Assembly: GCF_006345805.1 (NCBI RefSeq)
Contig: NC_042998.1
Location: forward strand, 149,358,001-149,422,000
DNA from: Octopus sinensis
Lineage: Eukaryota
DNA length: 64,000 nt
Direction of reading: 5' to 3'
The notes beneath the pieces are model-generated. The model saw only the letters and a list, made by a program, of their open reading frames with translations, was not told the origin of the DNA and ran no database searches. Shown here one piece after another: positions 40,583 through 54,659 of this stretch; position 1 is the first letter of the stretch, and every line of letters starts with the position of its first letter. The position numbers and the translations under genes are program-made.

Positions 40583-40744
40583 GACGGGCTTCTTCCAGTT
40601 TCCGCCTACCAAATCCACTCACAAGCCTTTGGTCGGCCTGCGGTTATAGCAGAAGACACCTTCCCAAAGGGCACGCAATGAGACTGAACCCGTAACCATG
40701 TGGTTGGTAAGCAAGCTACTTACTACACAGCCACTCCTGTGCCT
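40166..40744 (-). mobile_element. Composite retroposon: SINE-A tRNA-like head + TA microsatellite + RTE 3' UTR/tail
   Basis: Head 40581-40744 matches family A. 40166-40480 is homologous to the RTE 3' end at ~8560-8838 (ttggcgttaggaagggcatcca.ctgtagaaacactgccagatc..., (GAT)n tail). Confidence 0.8.
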
Positions 40745-41811
40745 ATATATATATATATATATATGATGTTATAATATATTTCACCATTTTCCAAGCTGAA
40801 CATTTAGGCACCGTGATAAGATATATTCAACCATTCAACGGCACTTCGGCTTTAATCTGGAATCTAAAGACGAAAGGAACAGTTCCGACACCAAATGATA
40901 TATCCTCTACAAAACTAGTCACAAAAATTTCCAGCATATTCTCTTGAAAAACTATATCTCTTAAAGAATTTGAGATCCTCTAATGAATACATAAATTCAA
41001 GGAACAAGATTGTTTGTGTTTGTCTGCATTTCAAGAAATACTAGTCAGAATTTAAAAGGAGACCACCAGACACTTAATAAGCAATTAATAATTTCTTTAC
41101 ATCTACTTGACATCGACTTGTAACGTTGATTACTTCCCTTTATTTTTCTTGTCATCTTTACCAGCATCTGTTGTCTAAAGACAACTGACAAATGGTCTTG
41201 TTCTCAGTTTATAAATGTCGGAATAAATTGTTATTTCGACCAGAAAACCCTGGGTAGCTGCATTTAAGAAAATCTGTGGTGGCTGTTATAATATTATCTT
41301 TACGTGTTCGAGTGTATATACATACAACGGGCTTCCTTCAGTTTCCGTCTCCCAAATCAACTCACAAGGTCTTGGTCGGCCCGAGGCTATAGTAGAAGGC
41401 ACTTGAAAAAAGCAGCAGAAATATCACAAAACTGTTACTCAGAGTTTCAAGTTCCCGTTCGTCGGACAGAGCTGGGACGTAGCACTTATATATATAATAC
41501 ATACATACATATATAATATAATATATATATATATAGATATATATATATATCTAGATATAGTTAACAATTAAGGATAATCTCTTAATAAGGGATCTTAACA
41601 AGAAATTATCGGGCAGCTAGCGTGAAAACCTCATAAAGAAAGAATTCGAAAATAATTTTTTTCTTTTGAACAAATTAATATATCTATATTGTATAGAGGG
41701 CATTATTACACATAAATGCCTCACACTAAGAGGGACAAGTCATTAATACCAAAATTATACTAATCATACCCAAATGCAGTTTTCAAAGCAAGACATTTAA
41801 AAAATGAATTT

Positions 41812-41869
41812 AGTTCTGTATCCCGTGATTTCACATTCAACTTTACGTCTAATGATCATCAGCAGAACT
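41812..41869 (-). ncRNA. Type I hammerhead fold (left arm)
   Basis: AGUUCUG-CUGAUGA-U-CAUU...AAUG-U-GAAA-UC-acgg-G-AUA/CAGAACU. Stem I has 7 bp and the stem II base is a U-U mismatch. Confidence 0.7.
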
Positions 41870-42077
41870 GATTCTGAACACATCATAAATAAACTACCAA
41901 CCTTACGTAGCGAAGACGAACAGACAACTGCTCACTCCGGCCAAGCACATGGAATGTTTATAAATCATATATATGATATATGATTTATAACATTCCATGT
42001 GCTTGGCCGGAGTGAGCAGTTGTCTGTTCGTCTTCGCTACGTAAGGTTGGTAGTTTATTTATGATGTGTTCAGAATC

Positions 42078-42136
42078 AGTTCTGCTGATGATCATAAGAC
42101 GTAAAGTTGAATGTGAAATCACGGTGATACAGAACT
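42078..42136 (+). ncRNA. Type I hammerhead fold (right arm)
   Basis: AGUUCUG(42078-42084)-CUGAUGA(42085-42091)-stem II-GAAA(42115-42118)-UCA-cgg-UG-AUA(42127-42129)/CAGAACU. Confidence 0.7.
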
Positions 42137-42259
42137 AATTCATTTTTTAAATGTCTTGCTTTGAAAAACTGCATTTGGGTATGATTAGTATAATTTTGGT
42201 AGTAATGACTTTGTCCCTCTTAGTGTGAGGCATTTATGTGTAATAATGCCCTCTATACA

Positions 42260-42291
<32 letters not shown>

Positions 42292-42363
42292 CATACATAC
42301 ACACACCCACTCTATATATATACATACCATACACATACACACACACCCACACCCACACTACTA

Positions 42364-42418
<55 letters not shown>

Positions 42419-43037
42419 TATATGTATTACCATTAGCCAAATATCATTCATGTCATATGCATAAGGGAGACAATTCCGGAACATGTGTTGCTGTTTTATG
42501 ACATCCTCAGCGAAGCATAGACAGCTAAAGAAACATTAAATGCTTGTAGAACATAGCACAGCGGTTGGCGACGGAAAATAGAAGGTTTTAAATAATAATT
42601 TAGACGTACGTGTCTTTCTCAACCATCACTTACACCAAGTGCCGTATGAACTTGTTTCATAAGATATTGCGTATTATTTCGTCTCTAGTTAACGTAGCAC
42701 GCAAAATGACGTTTTATTGTTATTCATTTTACAAACTCAATCGAACACCAGAAATAAGTATGAACTGTAAAATATCACGAAACAGGAACCGGAAGTAATG
42801 GTTTTAAAGTCTGCGAAATCATTTTATTTATTTAAATAATATACCTGTGTACATTATTCACATTATTTACATTTGACGGATATTTGTCCTCATCTTGTTA
42901 ACAGCCGTCATCAGGTATCTTGGGGAAATTTCGAACCTGGGTTCTCATTCCTGAGATATTTTCCGATGTTATTATTATTATTATTGTTGTTGTTGTTGTT
43001 GTTGTTCAGGTCACTACGCCATATGCCCACGGGGATA

Positions 43038-43105
43038 TGGCGTAATAGTTATGAGAGCGGGCTACTAACCCCAAAATTCTGAGTTCGATTCCAAACAGTG
43101 GGCTG
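43038..43105 (+). mobile_element. Degenerate tRNA-like SINE head
   Basis: A-box-like tggcgtaatagt, anticodon-like arm ggg-ctactaa-ccc and B-box-like gagttcgattcc. No acceptor stem. Embedded in triplet microsatellites. Confidence 0.55.
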
Positions 43106-43115
43106 AATAATAATA

Positions 43116-43194
<79 letters not shown>

Positions 43195-44504
43195 AATAAT
43201 AACAACAACAACATCGAAAAATTCATGACCGAAGGGGGTCTCCTTCGCCTCCATACATACATACGCGTGTGTACATACATATATGTATGTATTTATCTTT
43301 ATAAGACTAGTAGTGCTAGTAATTTGTACACATCTCTTTGAGTATATGCAAATCTACACACAAAAATATACATACTTACACAAACCCATACCTACAAACG
43401 TACATACATAATTTGTTTTCGAACGCAGAGACGCCGTTAGAACAGCAGAAACATTGGGTAAATTTCCTTTATAAAGCGGAAAAATTTGTTAACAACCAGC
43501 TTTGGGACTTGAACCTATACCTCTTGATATGGCTCTGGCTAAGTGCATTACCATTAAGCTAAACTGTCCACTGAGCAATCAACATTTTTAGACGCTTTTA
43601 AAGCGAAATGTGCAAAATGTACAAAAGCAGACTGATTTGTCAGCGGGCAGATTCGAGTCCCATGGCTGGTTGTTGACAAGTTTTTCCGCTTTCTAAGGGT
43701 AATTTACCCAATATTTCTGCTGTTCTAATGACGTCTCTGCGTTCGAAAACAAATTATCATCTTATTTGTATCACTTATAAAAAAAAAAACAAATGCTAGT
43801 TTGGTTATACTTATATACGTACGTACATACATACATACATGCATACATACATACATACATACACATACATACATACATACATACATACATACATGTATGT
43901 TTACATATACACTTATGAATACGGATGGGAAATAACTCTTTTTGACCGGAACGAAAAGGACTTCGGGAAGATGCTCGTGCGACACCGTTATTGCTAGGAC
44001 ATATACAGTATTATGAATCATAGTAAATCTACGTCATCCATAAATGTTTGGCTGAGCAGAAGATTGGGTGGTTCCCGCCATAACATAATACTACTGTTAT
44101 TTACATCAGATGTTCGTTTGATATTAATCAGGCGGAATATTGACAGTGTGAAAGATATTTTCTCAAGCGAGGAAGTATATCTAAACAAACACACGCACGT
44201 GAGCACACACATGCACCCACAAACATGAACATACCCACACACAAACACACACTCACACACACACATGTATGGTGATATGATATATGATTCACACTAATAC
44301 AACTTGCCCGGGTCAAGGCGTTCATTCAAATGACTTTCAGTCATAAAGCCCAGAGTAGCATCTATGCAGCTAAGGGAATCTTAATCATCACACGTGAGTG
44401 TGCGTGTGTATGCATGTATATGTATATACACTTGTTTGTTGTTCATACACCTGTCTTCGTCTTTTGTTTTTTCTATAAAAAAAATATACATGTATGTATA
44501 TATA

Positions 44505-45135
<631 letters not shown>

Positions 45136-45489
45136 AACCAAGGAAACCTTACTGTCTCTCCCTCTCTCTCTCATTTTTCATTCTTTTCTCTACAACCATT
45201 CCTTTTTTTTATCTCCCTTTCTCTTACTCATCCTCCTCCTCCCTCCCGTCGTTGACCGCGACGAACTCTGCCACTGTCTTTCTGTCCTGGCTACCTTCAA
45301 GTAGAGACGGCACTTTCTGTTGCTCCTTGCCGTTCTCAAAAAATAGCGTTCGTAAAAAATATATATATATATGTATGTATGTATGTATGTATTTATGTAT
45401 GTATGTATATGTATATTCTCTTATATGTTTCAGTCCAATGACTGTGGCCATGCTGCAGCATCGCTATTGTAATCATCTTTCCACTTTCC

Positions 45490-45826
45490 ACCTTTGCTGG
45501 AGCGGCTTATGGTGAAGGATAGAGTTCGATGCTACTGCCCTCTTTTGAGTTTCTTACTTAGATATTGGCGCATCCGGGGATCTCGGCGAGCCAGAGGTCA
45601 AGTTCACGTTTGAAAACGTCTACATCCACTCCATGGTGGCTCCTCAGATGCTTCGGCAGACAGTTAAACAGCTGTGGACTCTTGAAACCCAAGCTATTGC
45701 AGTACATCGTCCTTGTCCGAGATGAAGCAGTCGGCACAATGGGGACAGCACAGTGACGTCCTGTTCGTGGTCTGGTATAGCTCTTTATTCCAAGTTTGGT
45801 ACCAGTCCTTCCAGTATCTTCCATAT

Positions 45827-45830
<4 letters not shown>
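45490..45830 (-). mobile_element. CR1-type LINE copy A, 3' piece
   Basis: IWKILEGLVPN(fs)GIKSYTRPRTGRHCAVP...SLGFKSPQLFNCLPKHLR...VDVFKRELDLWL. Confidence 0.85.
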
Positions 45831-45910
<80 letters not shown>

Positions 45911-46043
45911 ATATATATTATATCATATATATAATATATATTATATATATATTATATATATATATCATATTATATATATATATTATCATATATATATATA
46001 TATATTATCATATATATAATATCATATATATATATATTATCAT

Positions 46044-46171
<128 letters not shown>

Positions 46172-46181
46172 TATATATATA

Positions 46182-47440
46182 TACTTTGATACTTTGATAC
46201 TTTGATAGGTTTCGGCCATTATTGGCCCAAGTCATGTCTAACTTAATAGCACCACCTGGTGAAGTCTTTCAAGTCAGAATTTGGGCACTATGGCCCACTC
46301 AGTAGAGAGTTATTGTTTACAGAGACATATCCGGGTGTAGGGGGTTTATCCGGGATTTCTTGAAGGAATCTGTCCAAAGACTCTTGAACCCTATAGGGTC
46401 AGTTTCTGTTTTAATGTGTTTTGGTGTAATGTTAAAGAGAGCGGGGCCAATTGAGGTGAAATAATTGTGCCGTATTGTTGTTATGAGATGAGAGTGCGAT
46501 TTTTGTTTTGGGCGGATGGCACGGGGCCCAAGCCTTGGATGTACCTTAAAGGTGATGCCAACATCATTTGGGCAATGCTGATGGAATATTTTCCACATCA
46601 TGCAGATGATGTAGCGCTCACGACGACGTTGGAGAGAATAAAGTTTTAGCTTTTCTAGTCGACCCCAATAGTCGAGGCCTGTCATGCCATCTATCTTTTT
46701 TGTGATTGTCCTTTGAGGTGCTTCAACTTTTATGATACCTTGTATTGTGTGGGGAGACCACAGTGGACAACAGTATTCAAGGTGGGGTCGGGCAAAAGTG
46801 GAGAAGAGAAGGATAATGGTGTGGATATCTCTCGACTGGAAAGTTCTGAGAATCCAGGAACACATTCTGCGGGCCATGTTAACTTTGGTGTTTATATGAG
46901 TGGCCCAGCTTATGTTGTTGTCCACAATTACTCCCAAGTCTCTGATGTTGTTGGACGCCGCGAGAGTTTCACCTGAAGGAAGGGAGTATGGGAGTTTCAG
47001 GGCATCCTCTTTTCCAAAGTGGATAAACTCAAATTTATCCTCGTTCAGCAGCATATTGTTTTTTTCTGCCCATTGGATAACAGCCAGTAGATCTGACTGA
47101 AGGTATGTCCGGTCACTCGCCTCATTTATGACCTTCTGTAGCTTGGAATCATCTGCAAACATTTTTATGTTGCTGTGCTTGATGATGTCATTAATGTCAT
47201 TAATGTAAATGATGAAAAGAAGTGGGCCCAGCACAGTGCCTTGCGGAACGCCACTACTGACTTTGGCTGGGCTTCATTTTACCCCTTCAACTACAACATG
47301 TTGAGATCTGTCTGTCAGGAAACACTTGATCCATTTCAGTAACTTTCCAGAGACACCAATGTTGGATAGTTTTTTCAATAGGATCTTGTGATCGACCCTG
47401 TCGAAGGCCTTACTGAAATCAAGGTAGATGACATCGGTGT
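46182..47440 (-). mobile_element. CR1-type LINE copy B, 5'-truncated, RT largely intact, (ATCAAAGT)n tail
   Basis: DVIYLDFSKAFDRVDH, (fs) GVPQGTVLGPLLFIIYIND, MFADDSKL, VIVDNNISW, LEYCCPLWSPH, LYSLQRRRERY. The 305-aa frame is open. Tail at 46182-46208. Confidence 0.93.
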
Positions 47441-47539
47441 ATATATCATATATATATATATATATCATATATATATATATATATATAATATATATTAATA
47501 TATATATATATATATCATATATATATATATTATTATATC

Positions 47540-47582
<43 letters not shown>

Positions 47583-47635
47583 TATATATATTATATATAT
47601 ATATATATGCTATATTATATATTATATATATATAT

Positions 47636-47666
<31 letters not shown>

Positions 47667-47855
47667 CATATATATATATATATATATATATCATCTATAT
47701 ATATATATATATATATATATATCAATATATATATATATTATATATATATCATATATATATATATATATATATATCATATATATATATATATATATATAAT
47801 ATCATATATATATATATATATATATATATCTTATATGTATAATATATATATATAT

Positions 47856-47890
<35 letters not shown>

Positions 47891-48058
47891 TATATATATT
47901 ATATATATATATATATATATATCATATATATATATATATATATATCTTATATATATATATATATAATATATATCAATATATATATATATATATAATATCA
48001 TATATATATATAATATATATTATATATATCATATATATAATATATATCTATATATATC

Positions 48059-48096
<38 letters not shown>

Positions 48097-48116
48097 CATA
48101 TATATATATATATCAT

Positions 48117-48148
<32 letters not shown>

Positions 48149-48149
48149 C

Positions 48150-48180
<31 letters not shown>

Positions 48181-48387
48181 CATATCTATACATAATATAT
48201 ATATATAATCAATATATATATATATATATCATATATATATATATATATAATATAATATATATCATATATATAATATAATATATATATATCATATATATAT
48301 ATTATATATTCTATAATATCATATATCTATATATATATAATCATATATATATATATATATCATATATATATATCATTATATATATAT

Positions 48388-48418
<31 letters not shown>

Positions 48419-48577
48419 CTATATATTATATATATATATATATATATCATATATATATATTATATATAGATATATATATATCATAATATATATATATATA
48501 TATATATATATCATATATATATAGATATATATATATATATATCATATAATATATATATAATATATAAGTATATATAT

Positions 48578-48617
<40 letters not shown>

Positions 48618-48623
<6 letters not shown>

Positions 48624-49169
48624 CACTGCATACCTCTCCCGCCTTCCTTCTAGAGAATAGAGTCGCAGCTCTTTCAACCTGTCCCAGCAACTCAATCGTT
48701 CCATTGATACAACTTTCTTTCTGTAATGTCGTTGGACTGCTTCAAGCTCTGCTACCGTCCTTGTAGTATAAGATGACCATAGCTGAGAGCAGTAGCCCAG
48801 GCGGCTGAGGATAAATGACTTCCATAGTGTCATCATAGTTTCTTGGTCCCTTGTCCGGAGGGTTCTCAGAATCCAACCAGCCAGTCTTCTGGATACTGCT
48901 ACCATTTTGTTGATATGTGTGTGAAATGAGGCATTGTTGCTCATTTCTATTCCAAGATCACGCACCGTATTTAATTCTGAGATCGTTGCTCTACTTGGTC
49001 CAACGAACTGATGGCGTGATTCCTGAGCACTGCTTAACTGGTAGCGGAGGGCCTGGAATTTAATTGCATTAAATTGCATGTTGCTGTCCTCGGTCCATGT
49101 ATAGATGGCATCTAGATCTTTCTGTAAGAGCGTAGCATCAGAGGCGTCCTTGACTGATTGTGCGACTTT
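48618..49169 (-). mobile_element. CR1-type LINE copy A, 5' piece
   Basis: KVAQSVKDASDATLLQKDLDAIYTW..NMQFNAIKF...RDLGIEMS...LGYCSQLWS...LYSLEGRRERYAVIY, running into (TA)n. Confidence 0.88.
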
Positions 49170-49180
49170 ATATATATATA

Positions 49181-49836
49181 TTTTCTCTTATTCCTTTATT
49201 CGTTTCAGGTGGAGGCGCAATGGCCCACTGGTTAGGGCAGCGGACTCGCGGTCGTAGGATCGCGGTTTCGATTCCCAGACCGGGCGTTGTGAGTGTTTAT
49301 TGAGCGAAAACACCTATAGCTCCACGAGGCTCCCGCAGGGATGGTGCTGATCCCTGCTGTACTCTTTCACCACAACTTTCTCTCACTCTTACTTCCTGTC
49401 TCTGTTGTACCTGAATTTCAAAGGGCCGGCCTTGTCACTCTCTGTGTCACGCTGAATATCCCCGAGAACTACGTTAAGGGTACACGTGTCTGTGGGGTAC
49501 TCAGCCACTTACACGTTAATTTCACGAGCAGGCTGTTCCGTTGATCGGATCAACCGGAACCCTCGTCGTCGTAACCGACGGAGTGCTTCCTCCTATTCGT
49601 TTCAGACATTTTGACTGCAGCCATGCTAGAGCACCACCTTTAGTCGAGCAATTCGACCCCAGGACTTATTCTTTGTAAGCCTAGTACTTATTCTATCGGT
49701 CTCTTATGCCAAACTGCTAAGTTACGGGGACGTAAACACACCAGCATCAATGTCAAGCGATGTTGGAACACACACACACAAAAATATACACACACATACA
49801 TACACACATACATACATAATACATACATACATACAT

Positions 49837-49902
<66 letters not shown>

Positions 49903-50040
49903 CATATATATATACGACGGGCTTCTTTCAGTTTCCGTCTACCAAATCCACTCACAAGGCTTTGGTTGGCCCGAGCCTACAATAGAAGACACATTGAACC
50001 TGGAACCATGTGGTTGGCGAGCAGGCTACTTACCTGTGCC
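49181..50040 (-). mobile_element. SINE family A, full length, tail interrupted by SINE C
   Basis: Head ~49915-50040, internal microsatellite, body 49606-49770, remaining tail 49181-49196. Confidence 0.85.
49209..49593 (+). mobile_element. tRNA-derived SINE family C with 12-bp TSD
   Basis: Head gtggaggcgcaatggcccactggttagggcagcggactcgcggtcg...gtttcgattccc. TSD tattcgtttcag at 49197-49208 and 49594-49605. Confidence 0.9.
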
Positions 50041-50082
<42 letters not shown>

Positions 50083-50312
50083 TTAAACAAAGTAGCTAGT
50101 TGTAAAATCTCAATAAGAGAAGTGAGTAGTGACTATAGTAATAAGTAAAGTTAATCGCTACATCAAAGTCCGAAATAAAACCGAAAATTTCCTTCCCAAA
50201 AGCTTAAGTCAATGTTTTCTTTAACGATTTCTTTATATCTTTCTTTGTATATGTGTGTGTATACACACAAACACATATGCATATAAATATATATATACAT
50301 ATATATAAATAA

Positions 50313-50356
<44 letters not shown>

Positions 50357-50426
50357 CGGGCCACCTCTATTATAACCTGTGGTATATTTACGGGCCACCT
50401 ACATTATAATATATATATATGTATAT

Positions 50427-52603
50427 CAGAGTAGCCCTTATTTTCCAGCTTTCTAAAAGTTTAGCTCCCAATCTTTCTAAAAGTTTTAGCCCAATCAAAC
50501 AACTGCAAAGGGACCCTCATCGACCATGAAATTGTGAAGTTTTCACCCGAAAAGTAATTTTTTCAGATAAAATTTTTTATTTCTTATATAATTTTCTCTT
50601 AAATTAAAAGCTTGTTCAGACTTATTCTTGGTAATAAAAGGATAAGCGACAATAAATATAATGGGGAAGGCAACTTGCAAAGCTGGGGACAGAGCGCAGG
50701 CATAGGACAAAAACCTATTTTTCGCTGTCATCAAGACGTCGGCCAGCCGTGAGTGAGTGAGGTTGTGAGTTGCGTTCGTCCGTTGAAAGAATTGTACTGC
50801 ACCTAATGGTAGTATTGAGAAATAAAACATTAAGAAATATACGTTAGTGATAAACAGTGAACTAATATGACTTGATCGCGTTTTTAAATATAAGTTGATT
50901 TATTTGTAATAACTTGTAACCACTCATTCATTTTGTTGTGGCACATTATGATATAGAACTTCCCCTGCTGTGTTGGTAGCCCTGACAAAGTTGTAATGCC
51001 ATGTTCATAACCTCTCCGTTTTTATAATGTTATGTGCTTTGTATACTTATTATCAATGCCTTAGAGTAAAATTTAGAGAAGCGAGACACAGAAATTCAGT
51101 ACAAATTTAACCTAAACCATTGTCAAGAATTAGTGTTGCACTGGGATGGAAAGTTGTCCCCAGCACTCACAGACGTTGAAACGGTTGATAGACTGGCAAT
51201 GATAATAACTTTTTAAGGTAAGGAACAATTGTTGAGACTCCTTGAAATTCCAACATCTTCAGGAGAACAGCAAGCCATGGTTGTTTACCAAGCAGTGGAG
51301 AAATGGGGTATAACAAAATTCAGGCACTTTGCTGTGATACAACAGCAACACAGGTCAAGTGAATGGTGTCAGTACAAATCTAGAAAAGTTGTTCAATCGT
51401 GACCTGTCAACACCTTTTTGTGTTAGTTTTTAGGAGCTATTTTGAATGGGATATCGTTTCGTACACCAGGTGCTGTAAGTCATGCTAGTTGGATGTCAAA
51501 AGTAATTTACGCATTCAAGATATACCTGTTTCAAGATCAATTTCAGTTTTCACCAGGGGAGTAAAACTCTTGAAGAAGAATATGTATTTTTTTATACTTA
51601 CGTGTATGTTCGAACCTGGTTTCTGTCATCAGAACTAATTAAAGCACCTTATCGTAATTTCCTTTTCCTGCTTCAACTGATGAATTATAAGTCTGCTGCG
51701 AAAACATTTTCCATCCATCTCTGATACTTAGCTCCCAAAACTGTGGCTCTATCCATATTTAATGACAGTGTTCCAACAGAAGTTAAGACAAATATTGCTC
51801 AAGTTATGCTGGAAGCAGACAAAGATGAAGAAGCGGAAGAACAAAAAAATCAACTGAAGAGGCACATTCTGCATCAAAATGACTTTTTTTCCTTTACAAA
51901 CATCGAGCTTTTGTCTTTTGTAATACCTGGTACAAAAACTTTCTTCAAGATATTTTCTATCAACAGCGATTTCCTTGTCGATCCTAGATACAAAAGTGGA
52001 CTTGAAAAACTTGAGAAGACAGTTGTGAATGATGTTGCAGAAAGAAGTACCAAACTAAAAGATTACAATAACATTCTCACAAAAGATGAAACTGAGAAAC
52101 AATTTGTTTTACAGATCGTTACCGAAAGCTGTAAAACAGACACAATTGCCACTAGATCCTCTCTTATTCAAAAATAATGTTCAATATTCAGTGTTCAGTG
52201 TTCACATTATATTTTTGGTTCTATAGAAATTATTGTTGTAAATAAAATTGCGTTTCTCTTAAAAAGGTTTTGTGCTTTATTAAGAAAACCTAATATTTCT
52301 TAAGTTTTTCATCTTATTTCAGGAATTTTTCAAATTAGCTACTTATAAATTTGATTCAGAACGTTTTTAAACATCTGTTGGGGTTGCCTAGATGTGTCCA
52401 CATAAATTTCTCTAAGAAGAAAAGAGAATATGGTCGAGGAAGGGAACAGTATATCGCTTTTGAACAGTATTAATCGTTGCGTATACTATGTTCCAATTTC
52501 AAGGCGTTTGAGGGTCGCCTAGCAGTTGTCCGATTAAGCTGAAACTTTGCATACCCCGTTGTTTTGTTTATTGATAGAAAAATTACCTGTTGTTAAGGGC
52601 GAC

Positions 52604-52607
<4 letters not shown>
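50427..52607 (+). mobile_element. hAT-superfamily-like DNA transposon, decayed
   Basis: Terminal inverted repeats cagagtagccctta / taagggcgactcta. Transposase remnants at ~51120-52180: IQALCCDTTA.TGQVNG, FRTPGAVSHASWMSKVIYAFKIY, VALSIFND, VVNDVAERSTKL. The superfamily call is from motif resemblance only. Confidence 0.7.
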
Positions 52608-52648
<41 letters not shown>

Positions 52649-52724
52649 ATTATATATATATATATATATATACGTATATATATATATCCATTCATCCATC
52701 CACACATACATATATACATATACG

Positions 52725-52771
<47 letters not shown>

Positions 52772-53756
52772 TACATATATATATATATTCATATGAGACT
52801 CGATGTATTTTAGAACGCAAGTTTATGTGCAATGACATTAATTCATTTCAAAAAGACCCTTACAAAAAGCATCCGACATTCGTCTACTTAATTGCTATGC
52901 GCAGAATACTTGATATTGCTTTCAGGGATGCGTTGTAGTTACTCTCTTATTAGTGCTTGGTGATCCTGACTGTTGATCTTCTAGGATTCCTCCGCTCAGT
53001 ATCAATGTAAGAAATACCGTTGGCTCAGTTGAATTCTTCCGCTACCTCTTCACAATCCGCAGTGCTAAAGTCCCATGACGTCGCCATATGCCTTGCTGAA
53101 CGGGTGCTTTGTCTTGCCAAAGGGCAACCCGTTACTATGCAGGGCATGGCCGTCAAACCGTGAAGTATTTTCAAATACCCATATACCCAAAATTATTATT
53201 CACATGCAAAAACATGTTGCCTGCCAAAATGCCGGGGCACTATAAGTATTACTAATAAGTAAGCAATGAAACAACAAAGATTGCTGTGCATAAAGAAGCT
53301 TTAATATTGAATAAATCTTTTTCTTTATTTGTACGATCATCTTTCATAGTGTAAGAAATCTATTATTCATAGATATACTTATCAAACTATTTCTCTTAAC
53401 ATTTTATATATCACGTATTATTTGGTATAGCCCGAAGAGCGATAACGTGAAACCAATGGTTGCTCACACAATAATTTAGATCAGATTAATTTACAAATAC
53501 ACTATTTTAAATTTTAAAATTTAAAATATGTGTTTACCTGTGTGTGAGTGTATGTGTATATGTGTGTGTGCGCGCGTGCGTATAGGATGACCCAAAAGTC
53601 ACAAGACTATTTCAAGTTACATTTTAAGATTATTTAGTGACTTTTGGGAGACATATACACATATCAAAATATACATACGTGTGTGTGTGTTTGTGTGTTT
53701 GTGTGTATGTGTGTGCGCGTGTGTATGTATGTGTGTGTTATAATAGTAGTTTACAG

Positions 53757-53960
53757 TGTGGACGTGTGTAGTTTAGTAGTTAGAGTGTCGGACTCATGAT
53801 CGTAAAATTGTGGTTTCTATTCCTGGACCGGATGAGGCGTTGTGTTCTTGATCAAAACACTTCATTTCACGTTGCTCCAGTTCAAAAACGAGTAATTCTG
53901 CGATAGACCAGCGTCCCGTCCGGGTGGGGAATTTATATGTCATGGAAACTAGAAAGCGAC
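53757..53960 (+). mobile_element. SINE family B, diverged
   Basis: gtggacgtgtgtagtttagtagttagagtgtcggactcatgatcg...gtttctattcctggacc is homologous to 16700-16957. Confidence 0.8.
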
Positions 53961-54659
53961 CCTTTTGAGTGGGCATGACTCGAAAGAGTGTCCTTTACCT
54001 AAAGTTTACAGTACCTTGTTACTGAGACTTTCATGGCGATGTCGACGAAAATTGTCAGAGAGAGATGGAAGCTGGTGCAAATATAGTTCCAGATACTTTT
54101 ATCAGCGTTTGTCACTCGGCGTTTTTGTTTTATTTATTTGCTTGTTTTACCAGTTGTTTGTGTGCGGAATGAGAATCTACAGGCCTCTCATTGCGTGGCG
54201 ACTTAGTTTCGACTAGGTTCAATTACTCTTTTAAAATTTTCAAAATAATGCTTGTATTCGTGGTGGCATTTCGCTTTCTATTTAAAATATTTGTTGTTTT
54301 GTTGAAAATGAAGTGTTTTCTATAATTGCAGAAATTGCAAATAATTTGTTGCTGAAGTTCAATGCAAACCAGATAGTATTAAACTTGTCGATGAAGTTCA
54401 CTTTGAAATACCATATATAATTTGATTATGATGTGTTATTTCTATTGCCTATATGTGCAGAAGTGGAATGTTGCTTTAAGTACCAATAATTATATTCGTA
54501 GAACTTCGTGAAATGTAGGTCTAAGTCTCAAAATTTTAATACAGATATACATACATGTAAAGGTAAATTTGCATGATTTACTCTACCAATATTTTACCTA
54601 GTTCTATCTTAAGACGTCAAGCGCTAACGATGAAATAACATGTCAAATCAGTTACACTT

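Larger units (their letters stand above)
41570..42264. mobile_element. Palindromic Penelope-type unit (~288-bp arms) with paired hammerhead folds
   Basis: ~41685-41972 is a near-perfect reverse complement of ~41976-42264 around a ~3-bp spacer. Confidence 0.85.

Noticed and set aside
42880-42920. Minus-strand CUGAUGA in a dispersed repeat
   Set aside because: No GAAA or stem III follows in this copy.
43038-43105. Possible tRNA genes at SINE heads (also 49209, 53757, 40744, 17284)
   Set aside because: A and B boxes are present, but there is no complete cloverleaf or acceptor stem, and each continues into a SINE body or microsatellite.
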